64,000 nucleotides of DNA from NCBI GenBank assembly GCA_963767735.1, contig CAVYES010000008.1, positions 32,001 through 96,000 of the forward strand, in the 5' to 3' direction. The notes beneath the pieces were generated by a model. That model made no database searches. It had not been told where the DNA came from and saw only the letters and a list, made by a program, of their open reading frames with translations. This DNA is from Candidatus Bathyarchaeota archaeon. Lineage in GTDB: Archaea; Thermoproteota; Bathyarchaeia; Bathyarchaeales; Bathycorpusculaceae. Position 1 is the stretch's first letter; each line of letters starts with the position of its first letter. The translations under genes and the position numbers were made by a program. Shown here in pieces: positions 21,580 through 31,415 of this stretch.

Positions 21580-22240
21580 TTAAGGTGTTATTGCACCTAT
21601 GTCTACATTGCCATTTACTATCGTGGTGCCAATTGCTTCATGAAGTCCTTCTTCTAACATAGTCTCGTTTAGTACATATTGGTTGTATAAGTCTGCGCTT
21701 GATATATTGATTGGCGATGTCCCAGCGGCAACCACTCTAAACGTTAGGGTTGCAAGAGTTCCGCTGCCGCTTACAGTGATATTTTCATTAAATGCGTCAT
21801 CTACGCTTGGAAGGACACCTTGCTGGACCATAGGCACGCTGGCTGTGGATATAAAGAAAGTCGGTCCAGCAGATTTTAAGAAGGGACCTTCCGTAACATG
21901 TGTGAGGTTTAGAACAGCAGAGTTGAACGTTAGGTCAGCAATATCCCAACCCCAAAGGTCATGGACGCCACTCACGGTGACGTTTATTTCTATTGTTTGT
22001 CCGATATTTGCCGTCTGCAACTGTAAATTGGTTGGCTCTATGGCTAAGAGTTGCGTTAGGATATATTACAGGAAGGGGTGTCGCTGAAGGTGTCGGCGAG
22101 GGTGTTGAAGATGGCGATGCGGTTGTTGATGATGAAAAATGCACATAGGCAAATATGGCAACAGTTAAGATGATAATTGCGACTAAACCAACGATGATCT
22201 TGCTCTTCATTCCCTTTTTTCCTATTCTCTTTTTCTTCAT
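21580..22240 (-). CDS. N-terminally anchored single-cohesin protein; +1 frameshift near 22043
   Basis: ORF 21959-22240 (TM plus PTPS linker) joins ORF 21580-22020 (LWGWDIADLTFNSAVLNLTHVTEGPFL...SGSGTLATLTF) after removing one base in CTTAGCCATAGAG. Confidence 0.7.
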
Positions 22241-22265
22241 ATGTTTCGACCTGTCATTTAGTTAT

Positions 22266-23117
22266 TCAAATTATGCCATATCGTTTAGAAAGAGCATTCA
22301 ACCGGTTGGAAGCCTCATTACGGTTTTTTTTACTCCAGATGATTGCAGGCACCGCAAAAATCGTAATTATGATTAGGATTATTGGCACGATTATCCCTAA
22401 GGGAAATTCTGGCGCTGAAGGATTAGTTGAATGTACTACGATTGTTGCATCATTGCATGTAACGTTGACGCTGGATGAATCACTGCTGTTTGGTATTAAG
22501 TTGCCCCCTACAATGTTTATAGTACTACTGCCTGAGCCTGTAACCAGAAAAGTTAAAGTTGCCAACACACCAGAAGCATCCGTCGACGTGTCCACTCCCA
22601 AAATGCCCTCCGCTAAACCGCCGCCAAGTGTACCCTTTGTGTTATCCCAAAGTTGGCTTGCGCTTCCAACAAAGTCCGTTGTATCTCCTCCGGTGTTAGC
22701 TGAGAGGAAGGGACCTTGTTGAACTTGGGTCAGGTTCATGACTTTATGATTCCAAGTTACCGTGGGTATCTCCCAGCCCCAAAAACCAACAGCAACATCA
22801 TCAATCCTAATATCTACGCTTACATTAGTACCAACAGGATTCGGACTTGGACCCAACGTAATAGTTGAAGTACTCGCAGTCCCAGATTGAACCGCACTAA
22901 TAACAGCAGTTGAAAGACTAGGGGTATTGCTCATAGGTTCCAACTGCAATACGTTAGCCGGGTTTACGAGCGGCTCTATTGATGGGACAGATGCCGAGGG
23001 CCCGTTTAAATTAGCGACGGTGCACTCGCCCCTACCGATTCCAGAAACACAGACTAAAGTCAATATGATAAGGGTGCTCAGAACAATTGAAGCGATCAGG
23101 TTTCTCTTTATTTTCAC
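22266..23117 (-). CDS. Cohesin-like protein with PEF-CTERM-type membrane anchor
   Basis: Signal peptide, cohesin-like module, APEFP followed by TM and KK. Confidence 0.8.
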   Translation of the reverse strand: MKIKRNLIASIVLSTLIILTLVCVSGIGRGECTVANLNGPSASVPSIEPLVNPANVLQLEPMSNTPSLSTAVISAVQSGTASTSTITLGPSPNPVGTNVSVDIRIDDVAVGFWGWEIPTVTWNHKVMNLTQVQQGPFLSANTGGDTTDFVGSASQLWDNTKGTLGGGLAEGILGVDTSTDASGVLATLTFLVTGSGSSTINIVGGNLIPNSSDSSSVNVTCNDATIVVHSTNPSAPEFPLGIIVPIILIIITIFAVPAIIWSKKNRNEASNRLNALSKRYGII

Positions 23118-23147
23118 TTTCTTGACCTCATTTAATTGATAGTTTAT

Positions 23148-24065
23148 TCAAATTATACTGTATAGTTTAAAGAGAGCATTCAACCGGTTGGAAGCCTCAT
23201 TACGGTTTTTTTTACTCCAGATGATTGCAGGCACCGCAAAAATCGTAATTATGATTAGGATTATTGGCACGATTATCCCTAAGGGAAATTCTGGCGCTGA
23301 AGGGAGCGGTGTGGGTGAAGGGGATTGCGTGGGAGCCGAGGTAGGTGTCGTTGTCGACTTTGGGGTTGGTGTAGGCGACGGGGATGAAGTTGGAGTAGGA
23401 GAGGGGCTTGTAGAGGAGGAGGGGGTAGGAGTGGGACTTGGAGAAGAGGTTGGTGTAGGTGAAGGATTATTTGCAAGTACTATAATTGTTGCATTGTTGC
23501 AGGTAACGGTGACGTTGGATGTTGGGTTACTAAAGTTCGGTATTAAGCATCCTCCTGCGATGTCTATCGTACTACTGCCTGTGTCTGTAATGAGAAAAGT
23601 TAAAGTTGCCAATACACCGGAAGTATCCGTCAACGTGTCGTCTCCATAAATGGCCTCCGATAAACCGCCGCGAAGTGTGCCACCTGTGTTATTCCAGAGT
23701 TGACTGGAGCCGCCAATAAAATCCGTTGTATCTCCTCCAGTGTTAGCTGAAAGGAAAGGACCTTGTTGAACCTGGGTTAGGTTCATAACTGCAGGATTCC
23801 AAGTTACCGTGGGTGTAGCCCAGCCCCAAAAACCAACAGCAACATCATCAATCCTAATATCTACGCTTACATTAGTACCAACAGGATTCGGACTTGGACC
23901 CAACGTAATAGTTGAAGTACTCGCAGTCCCAGATTGAACCGCACTAATAACAGCAGTTGAAAGACTAGCCGCATCGCCCCTACCGATTCCAGAAACACAG
24001 ACTAAAGTCAATATGATAAGGGTGCTCAGAACAATTGAAGCGATCAGGTTTCTCTTTATTTTCAC
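23148..24065 (-). CDS. Cohesin-like protein with long PT/S linker and PEF-CTERM-type anchor (paralogue of 22266-23117)
   Basis: Identical signal peptide and APEFPLGIIVPIILIIITIFAVPAIIWSKK tail. Confidence 0.8.
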   Translation of the reverse strand: MKIKRNLIASIVLSTLIILTLVCVSGIGRGDAASLSTAVISAVQSGTASTSTITLGPSPNPVGTNVSVDIRIDDVAVGFWGWATPTVTWNPAVMNLTQVQQGPFLSANTGGDTTDFIGGSSQLWNNTGGTLRGGLSEAIYGDDTLTDTSGVLATLTFLITDTGSSTIDIAGGCLIPNFSNPTSNVTVTCNNATIIVLANNPSPTPTSSPSPTPTPSSSTSPSPTPTSSPSPTPTPKSTTTPTSAPTQSPSPTPLPSAPEFPLGIIVPIILIIITIFAVPAIIWSKKNRNEASNRLNALFKLYSII

Positions 24066-24169
24066 TTTCTTTAACCTCGTTTAATTAATGTTACACGGTA
24101 ATAGTCAAATTAGCTTAAGTGAGTGCAAGCATACACTTAGCATCATTTGGTAGAACATTGCATGAATGG

Positions 24170-24210
24170 TTATTCTATGTTGAGTAAGTAAATTATTTAG
24201 AAATCAATAG
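24170..24210 (-). promoter_or_regulatory. Conserved 41-bp upstream motif, copy 2
   Basis: TTATTCTATGTTGAGTAAGTAAATTATTTAGAAATCAATAG, 105 bp upstream of start 24065. Confidence 0.65.
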
Positions 24211-24491
24211 GTTTTGTCTAATCTATATATTTGGATTCTTAGCGTTTGAAATGGCTTCAAAAACTCATTGTTTTCTTAATAAAGTGATAAACTTAGTCTG
24301 GGAACTAAGAGAATAATTTATTGATGCGTTTATACTCGCAATTTTGTTTATCAAAACGCCTCTATATCTGGAGGTATTATTGAAAGAGGCTGATTTCCAT
24401 GTTATAAGGTTCGTTGTCGAGGCATCTGCGAGGAATAGAAGAGTACTTATAAACGGAAAAGAGCGGTTATGATTTTGTTTTCATTGCTGCA

Positions 24492-26739
24492 CTAACTGCC
24501 GTAGTAAATGTATAGCGGAGCTTGTTGTTGTGGAGAGAAAGCTATTCCGCTGTTTGCTGGGGTGCCGTTGAGGATGTCGACGTCAGACATATGCTGGACC
24601 TACGTATGCCCATGTTGGAATGGTTAGGCTTAAGGTGTATGTTTGTGTGTTGCTGCTTGTCGCAAGATTTCCTGTTGCTGCTGGTGCTGTTTCCGCAAGT
24701 ATTTGGAATGCAACAGGTACGGTGTTAGTGTCGAAAACTGTTGCCGTCAGATAGAATGGTGTTGGAGTCCAGTTTGTGCTGTTAACGGTTGCTGTAAGGG
24801 TTATAACGTTGAGTCCTGCATAGTTTGGAAAGAAGACTGGACCTACACCGTTGGTGTCGTAAACGCCGTTGTTTATTGTTACGCCTTGCAGGTTAAGTTG
24901 GTATCCGTAGTAGAATTGGCATGTATCGTTTAATGTAACTTGAGATAGGTCAACTGTTCCTTTCACGGTAACCACACCGAAATAATCTGTCGGATCGCTG
25001 CCTTGCCATGGGAATCTGTAGGAGGTGGTTGCGTATCCCGTCGAGTTGGTTGATGCTTCTGCGTAGTCGATGTATTGGCCGTTGTCGTAGATATCAAAGG
25101 TAACTTCTTTGCCGACGACTGGGGCATTGTTGAAAGTTACGTAGCCTATGAGGTTAACTAACTGTTGAGGTCCGAATGCAGATGCGTCAGCACCAGCTCC
25201 TTGACCTCCGTTTTGAGTCCATATGTCAAGGGCACTTTCCGATTGAAGAACCTGTATGGTTAATGTTGTTGTGCCAGTTTCGCTATATCCCGGTGCAGGA
25301 GTATTGGTTGGTGAGAGTGCCGTTACAGTTAAAGTTGCAACTATTGTGCCAGGTGCCGACCCGACTTGAGCTGCTGACAGACTTACTGCTGAAGCACTTG
25401 AGGTCAATACTGCCCCGTCCACGAGAGTAATGCTCCAGCTGTATTTAGTAATAGGGCAAATCTGGTACGGGGGCACCATGTTGATGCCAGGCATCGATTG
25501 TGAACCATTAAGGATTAAAGCGAAGTCTGTTAAAGTCTGGTCGCTGCCAGTACCGAATGGGCCGCCCGAAGCAATTATGACTGCTTGTGGACCGGTTGCT
25601 GGTGCGGGAGTCCAGCTGTATGCTGCATTGTTTAATTGGACTGGGGTTATCGCTTGGTGTGGGGAAGCGTCATTTTGCAGAGTTGGTGTTCCTGTTATTA
25701 GGCCGAGGGCAGAGTCACTGTAGGTAACAATTTGGAAAGTTAATGTTGTCAAAACACCTGATGAAGCACTCGCACTCATAGCAGAGGTGTACTCGTCACT
25801 GATTCCGTCATCCACTTTACCCAAATAATTATCTATGAATCCTGGTGAGAACGATGTTTTGCCGCTCTGACTAAGATATGGACCTTCAGTAACGCTGGTA
25901 CATTTAACCACGTTTGGATCCCATGTAACGTCAACGCTCCAGCCCCAAACACCAGCCGCGCCGGTGATGTACAGGTTAATACTAAAGGTTGCGCCGATTG
26001 GATCTTGTAGAGATGGAAATTGAATGTTTGCGTTTGTGGTTGACCCACTTTGGTATATGCTGATGGAGGTTACTGTTGACTGTACTGCAGCGACTGATGC
26101 GCTATTACATGGTGCACTGATTTTGGGGGTGCCCACGGCGGCTGACCCCAGCAGGTAACCTTGATTGATGGTTATTGGACTGCTGCCGTAGCCCACAATG
26201 GTGAATGTTAGAGTAGCAACTACACCTGATGGATCAGTTGATACATCTGCAGCTGTGATAGCTTGTGCTAAACCGCCTGAAATGCTTCCTGGATTGACAG
26301 TGTTGTCAAATAAGCTGCTTGAGGTTCCAGTGGTAGATACTGTATCGCCGCCAGTATTGTCTGCTAGGAATGGACCTGCTACAACTTTTGTCAAGTGGAC
26401 CACTGCAGTATTCCAAGTTACTGTGGGTACAGCCCAGCCCCAAATGTCTGCTGCGCCGCTGATGTAGATGTCGAACTTTACTGTCGTGCCGATTGGATTC
26501 GGACTTGAAGGCACACTAACGCTATTAATGTTAGTCGTGCCTCCAGTGCCTAATTCCACTGTACTAAAGGTGCCGCTGGTAGCGGGTTGTGCACCCACCA
26601 TATTTAATGCAAAGAACATGGACGCAGTCATGATAAAAACTAGCGCTAATGCGACGTAGGGTTTTTTGTTTTTTAGGTTTAAAGGCGAAAAGAGTTTGCT
26701 GATTACAGCTACTATATAAGGTATATTTCTCCTTTCCAT
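24492..26739 (-). CDS. Secreted two-cohesin scaffoldin-like protein (paralogue of 29132-31357); +1 frameshift near 24585
   Basis: Two cohesin-like modules; removing one base from GTC T GAC restores VDVDILNGTPANSGIAFSPQQQAPLYIYYGS*, matching the paralogue C-terminus. Confidence 0.8.
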
Positions 26740-26861
26740 TCCTCTCCTACACCGTCCTCTGTCTAGTATAGTGTATGAAGGGTCAATGCCCGAGTGAACT
26801 TCGGTGAGCGCCTTGGATACACTTCACTTTTCGCGCTTTAATAGAATCTATGTGAGGAGGA

Positions 26862-26902
26862 TTATTCTGTCTTCAGTAAGTAAAATATGTAGAACCAAAT
26901 AG
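26862..26902 (-). promoter_or_regulatory. Conserved 41-bp upstream motif, copy 3
   Basis: TTATTCTGTCTTCAGTAAGTAAAATATGTAGAACCAAATAG, 123 bp upstream of start 26739. Confidence 0.65.
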
Positions 26903-27055
26903 ATTCCGTTTTGACATCATACTTGTCAATGTACTATGGAGCTTAACAAGCAATCAAGCCACCTCGTTGTTGGCATTTTTAGTTTTGGGAAGATGAAGAG
27001 TGAAGAGTTTGATTTAGGTGGAAAAAGAAAAGCGGTGGATTGCGTGGTTTTTTGT

Positions 27056-28120
27056 TTATGTTCGTTTTCTGAGCCAGATAAATGATCCGGCGAGAACGAA
27101 TACTGTTAGGATAACGAGGATTCCTGTTATTGTTGGGGGCACGTTGAATGATCCTGTGTTTGCTGTTGCCGCGGAGGTAGAATCTGGAGTGGTAGTTGTT
27201 GTTGGGGTTGAGGTTGAGTCGGTGTTAGGCGTCGCGGTAGCGGTTGGGGTGGGTGTTGCTGGTTTGCCTGTGACGCTTATTATTACTGTGCTGTTGTCGG
27301 TTCCAAGTGAATCTGTCACCGTTAACGTTACGGTGTAATTTCCTGGATTATTGAAAGTGTATGTTGCTGTCTTGCCTGTGAGGGTTTGTGGTGTGACATC
27401 GGTGAAAGTCCAAGTGTAGTTTGTGTTGGTTCCAGTTGAAACGGATTGTGATGCATTAAAGACTACCGGTGTACCTACGGGCACAGTTTGGTCTTCGCCT
27501 GCATTAGCGGTTGGAGCCCCAGCAATTTCAAGGGAAACTATGCTTGTTGAAAAGTAAGAGGCCGGAACTATTTGAGGGTGAGCTGTACCGGTTGTATCAA
27601 TCGATGGGTTAGGTCCTTCAAGAAGTACGACGCCGAGAGCTATTGGAGTTGATCCAGTTTGCCTCATTATTTGGAAGGTCATGCTTGCAAGAACGCCGCT
27701 TCCGCTTACAGAGTTGTCTTCCCCATTTGAAAATGTGTCAATAGCGCAACTTAAATACGCTTCCTTATAAGTATCCGTAGCAATTGCACCTGCAACATCA
27801 ACGATTGGGGAAGGCGTAAAAAGTGTTTGGTATTGGCTGTTCAGGAAACTTCCTTCTTGTTTGCTTATTAAGGTTAGGTAATTGGTGTCCCATGTAACGT
27901 TAAGCGCCCATCCCCAGAGGTTTTGAACATTTGAAATGTCGATGTTAATGGTGAATTGTTCGTTAAGTGTGGTCGCGTTGTATGTCGCAGGATCTAAAAA
28001 AACGGAGGGGGATTGTGAAGCCTGTGCGTTTACTGTGCGTGCATATGGAATTGCCGGAATTGCTGGGATTATCATGGCTGCAATCAGTATTAGGAGTAGA
28101 TAACCGATTGTTTTTTTCAA
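27056..28120 (-). CDS. Cohesin-like plus PKD domain protein with C-terminal TM anchor
   Basis: NVQNLWGWALNVTWD...SGSGVLASMTFQI; PKD ANAGEDQTV..VVFNASQS...YTWTF..GNYTVTLTVTD; TM plus RKR; start placed at TTG 28120. Confidence 0.8.
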   Translation of the reverse strand: MKKTIGYLLLILIAAMIIPAIPAIPYARTVNAQASQSPSVFLDPATYNATTLNEQFTINIDISNVQNLWGWALNVTWDTNYLTLISKQEGSFLNSQYQTLFTPSPIVDVAGAIATDTYKEAYLSCAIDTFSNGEDNSVSGSGVLASMTFQIMRQTGSTPIALGVVLLEGPNPSIDTTGTAHPQIVPASYFSTSIVSLEIAGAPTANAGEDQTVPVGTPVVFNASQSVSTGTNTNYTWTFTDVTPQTLTGKTATYTFNNPGNYTVTLTVTDSLGTDNSTVIISVTGKPATPTPTATATPNTDSTSTPTTTTTPDSTSAATANTGSFNVPPTITGILVILTVFVLAGSFIWLRKRT

Positions 28121-28127
28121 GGTGCTT

Positions 28128-29126
28128 TTAGCTGCTCCAGTACAGTATGTAGTAAGATAGGAAGAGGAAGAAGTCGGCTGCATTTATTTTACCATAACCA
28201 CCGAGGTCACATGCAGTATTATAAGATTGTCTCAGGTTGGATGAGATGTATGCGCTCAGGAAAATGAAGAAGTCCGTGGAGGTTACTGAGCCGGCTCCGG
28301 TAAAGTCGTCTAGTAACTGGACGTTGAACGACGTGGTGGCTGTGCCAAAATAGCCTGACCAGGTTCCGGAAGCATATACTTGGTAGGTGCCACTTGGGGC
28401 ATTGTCTTGTATTTGTGGGAGTGTGAATGTCATGCTGTAAACTCCTGCGCTGCCGCTGTTGCTTGGTGCTGAACCTGCAGCGGGGTTGCTTCCTACGATT
28501 GTGAATGTGAAGGGATATTCTTGGGCGAGCGGATATCCGCCGTTCTGTGGGAAATCGGTGTACACATCTGCGTAACCATACGCTGTTCCTGAGTGTGCAG
28601 TGGTTGGTATCGGAATGCTTCCTGTTTCTGTCTGAGATGCGTCCGCCCCGACTGAAACTTGTGCAGTATATACTCCAAGCGGAACCCCGTTGCCATCGTA
28701 AATGCTGATTGCAATTAAGGTCGTCCACAATTGGTCGTCTTGGTTCGCGACTACCATAGAGAAGTCGCCATCCGTGCCGCTATAGAAAGAGGGCGGTACA
28801 GGATTTCCGTCTGCGTCAGAAGTGTAAGCCGAAGTGATTTTTTCTGGCTCACTAAATTCTGTTGCCGTACCTGTTTGGATCGTTCTTAAAACTATGGGAA
28901 CCCCTCCACTTGGAAATTGTACTTGTATTCCGACCAGACCGTCGCTCGGATTCTCTCCGTTATACGAAAGCGCTCCATTGAGAGTGATGGGAGAATAGAA
29001 ATCGTATGTTGTTGTCTGGTTTGTTGTTACTGTAAGATTTACTGTTGGTGATTGAGCATGTACTAATGCGAAACTTGATATAATTAATATAAAAAGAAAA
29101 GAAAGGGAGATGATTTTTGTTTTCAT
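28128..29126 (-). CDS. Secreted Ig-like protein with C-terminal dockerin-like domain
   Basis: Signal MKTKIISL...VHA; tail DDFTGAGSVTSTDFFIFLSAY...ACDLGGYGKINAADFFLFLSYY; start ATG 29126. Confidence 0.8.
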   Translation of the reverse strand: MKTKIISLSFLFILIISSFALVHAQSPTVNLTVTTNQTTTYDFYSPITLNGALSYNGENPSDGLVGIQVQFPSGGVPIVLRTIQTGTATEFSEPEKITSAYTSDADGNPVPPSFYSGTDGDFSMVVANQDDQLWTTLIAISIYDGNGVPLGVYTAQVSVGADASQTETGSIPIPTTAHSGTAYGYADVYTDFPQNGGYPLAQEYPFTFTIVGSNPAAGSAPSNSGSAGVYSMTFTLPQIQDNAPSGTYQVYASGTWSGYFGTATTSFNVQLLDDFTGAGSVTSTDFFIFLSAYISSNLRQSYNTACDLGGYGKINAADFFLFLSYYILYWSS

Positions 29127-29131
29127 GGCTA

Positions 29132-31357
29132 TCACAAACTTGTGTTGTATATGTATAGCGAAGCTTGTTGCTGTGGACTGAATGCTAGTCCGTTGTTTGC
29201 TGGTGTGTTGTTGAGTATGTTGACATCGACATATGCTGGTCCTGCGAATGCCCATGTTGGAATAGTCAAGCTTATGGTGTACGTCTGTCCGATATTGCCG
29301 CCTGCAACGTTTGGTGCTGCTGGTGCAGTTTCCATAGTTACTGTGCATGCGACTGGTACGGTATTAGCGTCGAAGACTGTTGCTGTCAGGTAGAATGTTG
29401 TTGGGGTCCAGTTGAAGCTGTAGACTGGTACTGTAAGGGTTACAACGTTTTGTCCTGGATAGTTTCTGAAGAAGACTGGTCCTACGCCAGCGCTGTAAAC
29501 GCCGTTGGTGATTGTTATGGGCTGTAGGCTAAGTTGGTATCCGTAGTAGAATTGGCATGTGTCAGTTAATGTTACTTGAGATACGTCTACTGATCCTGTC
29601 ACTGTGACTGTGCCGAAGTAACTTGTTGGGTTGGTGTCTTGCCAAGGTAGTCTGTATGAGGCGTATGCATATCCGGTAGAGTCTGTTGATGCGGTGACTA
29701 CGTCAATGTAGACGCCGTTTAGGTATATGTCGAAGGTAACTGTCTTGTCTACTACTGGGGCGCCGTTGAATGTTACGTATGCCGTGAGGTCAACTAACTG
29801 TTGGGGACCGAATGCTGATGCGGGTGCGTTTAATCCTTGTCCGCCGTTTTGTGTCCAGATGTCTAGAACGCCGTTTGACCAGTTATTCCAGCCTGCTGGG
29901 AGTGGTAGAATAACTTGAACGCTCTGGGTTGTGGTGCTAGTTTCAGTGTATGTTGGTGCTGGGGTGTCGGTTGGTGAGGGTGCTGTAACGGTTAAGATTG
30001 CAGTTATTGTTCCAGGGGTCAAGCCTACTTGAGCTGCTGATAGGGCAACTGTTTCGGTATTAGCTGTCACTATTGTGCCGCCAACTAGAGTTATGCTCCA
30101 GCTGTATGTTGTGATTGGGCAGTTTTGCATTGGTGGGATCGTGTTTGTGCCTGCTTGTGAGGGCGTACCGTCAAAGGTTAAAGCGTAACCTGTTACAGTC
30201 TGGGAGTTGTCTGTGCCGAATGGGCTGCCTTCGTTGGTTATGATTGCTACTGGTCCTGTTGCGGTTGCTGGGGTCCATGAGTATGTTGCTCCGGTTAGGA
30301 TTGGTGCTGGTGTTATTACTTGAGCTGGGAGATTGTCGTTTACTAGAGTTCCTGGGGTTCCTGCTGTTAGACCGATGTTAGAGTCGCCGTAGCTGAGGAT
30401 TTGGAACGTTAATGTGCATAATACGCCTGATGTGGCACTGTCGCTTATTTGAGAGCTGTATGCGTCGCTGATTCCTGCGTCAACTTGTCCTAGATAGTTG
30501 TCTATGAATCCTGGTGCGAACAATGTTGCCCCGCCTGAACTTAGGTATGAGCCTTCGGTGACACCTGTGCATTCGAGTACGCTTGGATTCCATGTAACGC
30601 CTATGCTCCATCCCCAAACATTGGCAGGAGCGTTGCTGATGTATGCATCAACGCTGAATGTTGCGCCGATTGGGTCGCTTGCAGATGGCCAGGTAATGGC
30701 TGCATTTGTGGTTGATCCGTGTTGATACAAGCTGATGGAATTTGGTTTTTGAACTAAGAGTGATCCGCTGTTGGCTGATGTTGGGAGATGTGGAGAGCCT
30801 ACTGTGCTGGTTGCGATCAAGTATGCGCCGCTGATGGTTATTGCACTGCTGCCGTAGCCAACTATAGTGAAAGTCATAGTAATGACTACGCCTGCTGCGT
30901 CAGTTGATTGATCTGCAGCTGTGATAGCTTGTGCTAAACCGCCTGAAATGGTTCCTGGATTGTCTGTGTTGTCAAATAAGCTGCTTGAGGTTCCGGTGGT
31001 AGATACTGAATCTCCGCCAGGCGCATTGTCTGATAGGAATGGACCTGCTACAACTTTTGTCAATTGTATCACATTGGTATTCCAATTAACGGTGGGTATT
31101 GCCCAGCCCCAAATGTCTGATGCGCCGCTGATGTAGATGTCGTACTTTACCGTAGTGCCTATTGGACTAGGGCTTGAAGGCACTGTAATACTGCTGGTTT
31201 GACCAGCTGTGCCTCCAGTGCCTGATGCCACTACGCTAAAGGTGCCAGTGGTTGCTTGCGCGTGCACTACACCCATTGCAAAGAACATTGACGCTAACAT
31301 GAAAAAAACTAGCGCAAATGCTCCAATGCTCTTCTTGTTTTTAAAGTTTAAGTTCAT
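29132..31357 (-). CDS. Secreted two-cohesin scaffoldin-like (possibly S-layer-associated) protein
   Basis: Signal ending VHA; two cohesin-like modules; C-terminal Ig unit FGPQQLV...IPTWAFAGPAYV. Confidence 0.8.
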   Translation of the reverse strand: MNLNFKNKKSIGAFALVFFMLASMFFAMGVVHAQATTGTFSVVASGTGGTAGQTSSITVPSSPSPIGTTVKYDIYISGASDIWGWAIPTVNWNTNVIQLTKVVAGPFLSDNAPGGDSVSTTGTSSSLFDNTDNPGTISGGLAQAITAADQSTDAAGVVITMTFTIVGYGSSAITISGAYLIATSTVGSPHLPTSANSGSLLVQKPNSISLYQHGSTTNAAITWPSASDPIGATFSVDAYISNAPANVWGWSIGVTWNPSVLECTGVTEGSYLSSGGATLFAPGFIDNYLGQVDAGISDAYSSQISDSATSGVLCTLTFQILSYGDSNIGLTAGTPGTLVNDNLPAQVITPAPILTGATYSWTPATATGPVAIITNEGSPFGTDNSQTVTGYALTFDGTPSQAGTNTIPPMQNCPITTYSWSITLVGGTIVTANTETVALSAAQVGLTPGTITAILTVTAPSPTDTPAPTYTETSTTTQSVQVILPLPAGWNNWSNGVLDIWTQNGGQGLNAPASAFGPQQLVDLTAYVTFNGAPVVDKTVTFDIYLNGVYIDVVTASTDSTGYAYASYRLPWQDTNPTSYFGTVTVTGSVDVSQVTLTDTCQFYYGYQLSLQPITITNGVYSAGVGPVFFRNYPGQNVVTLTVPVYSFNWTPTTFYLTATVFDANTVPVACTVTMETAPAAPNVAGGNIGQTYTISLTIPTWAFAGPAYVDVNILNNTPANNGLAFSPQQQASLYIYNTSL

Positions 31358-31415
31358 TGTTTTTTTTCTCCTTTCTGATTTTTTTTTATCATAAAAAAAA
31401 TATAGGGCCCACTGT

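Noticed and set aside
22266-31357. Diversity-generating retroelement behind the near-identical repeats
   Set aside because: No reverse transcriptase, and the differences are not confined to adenines
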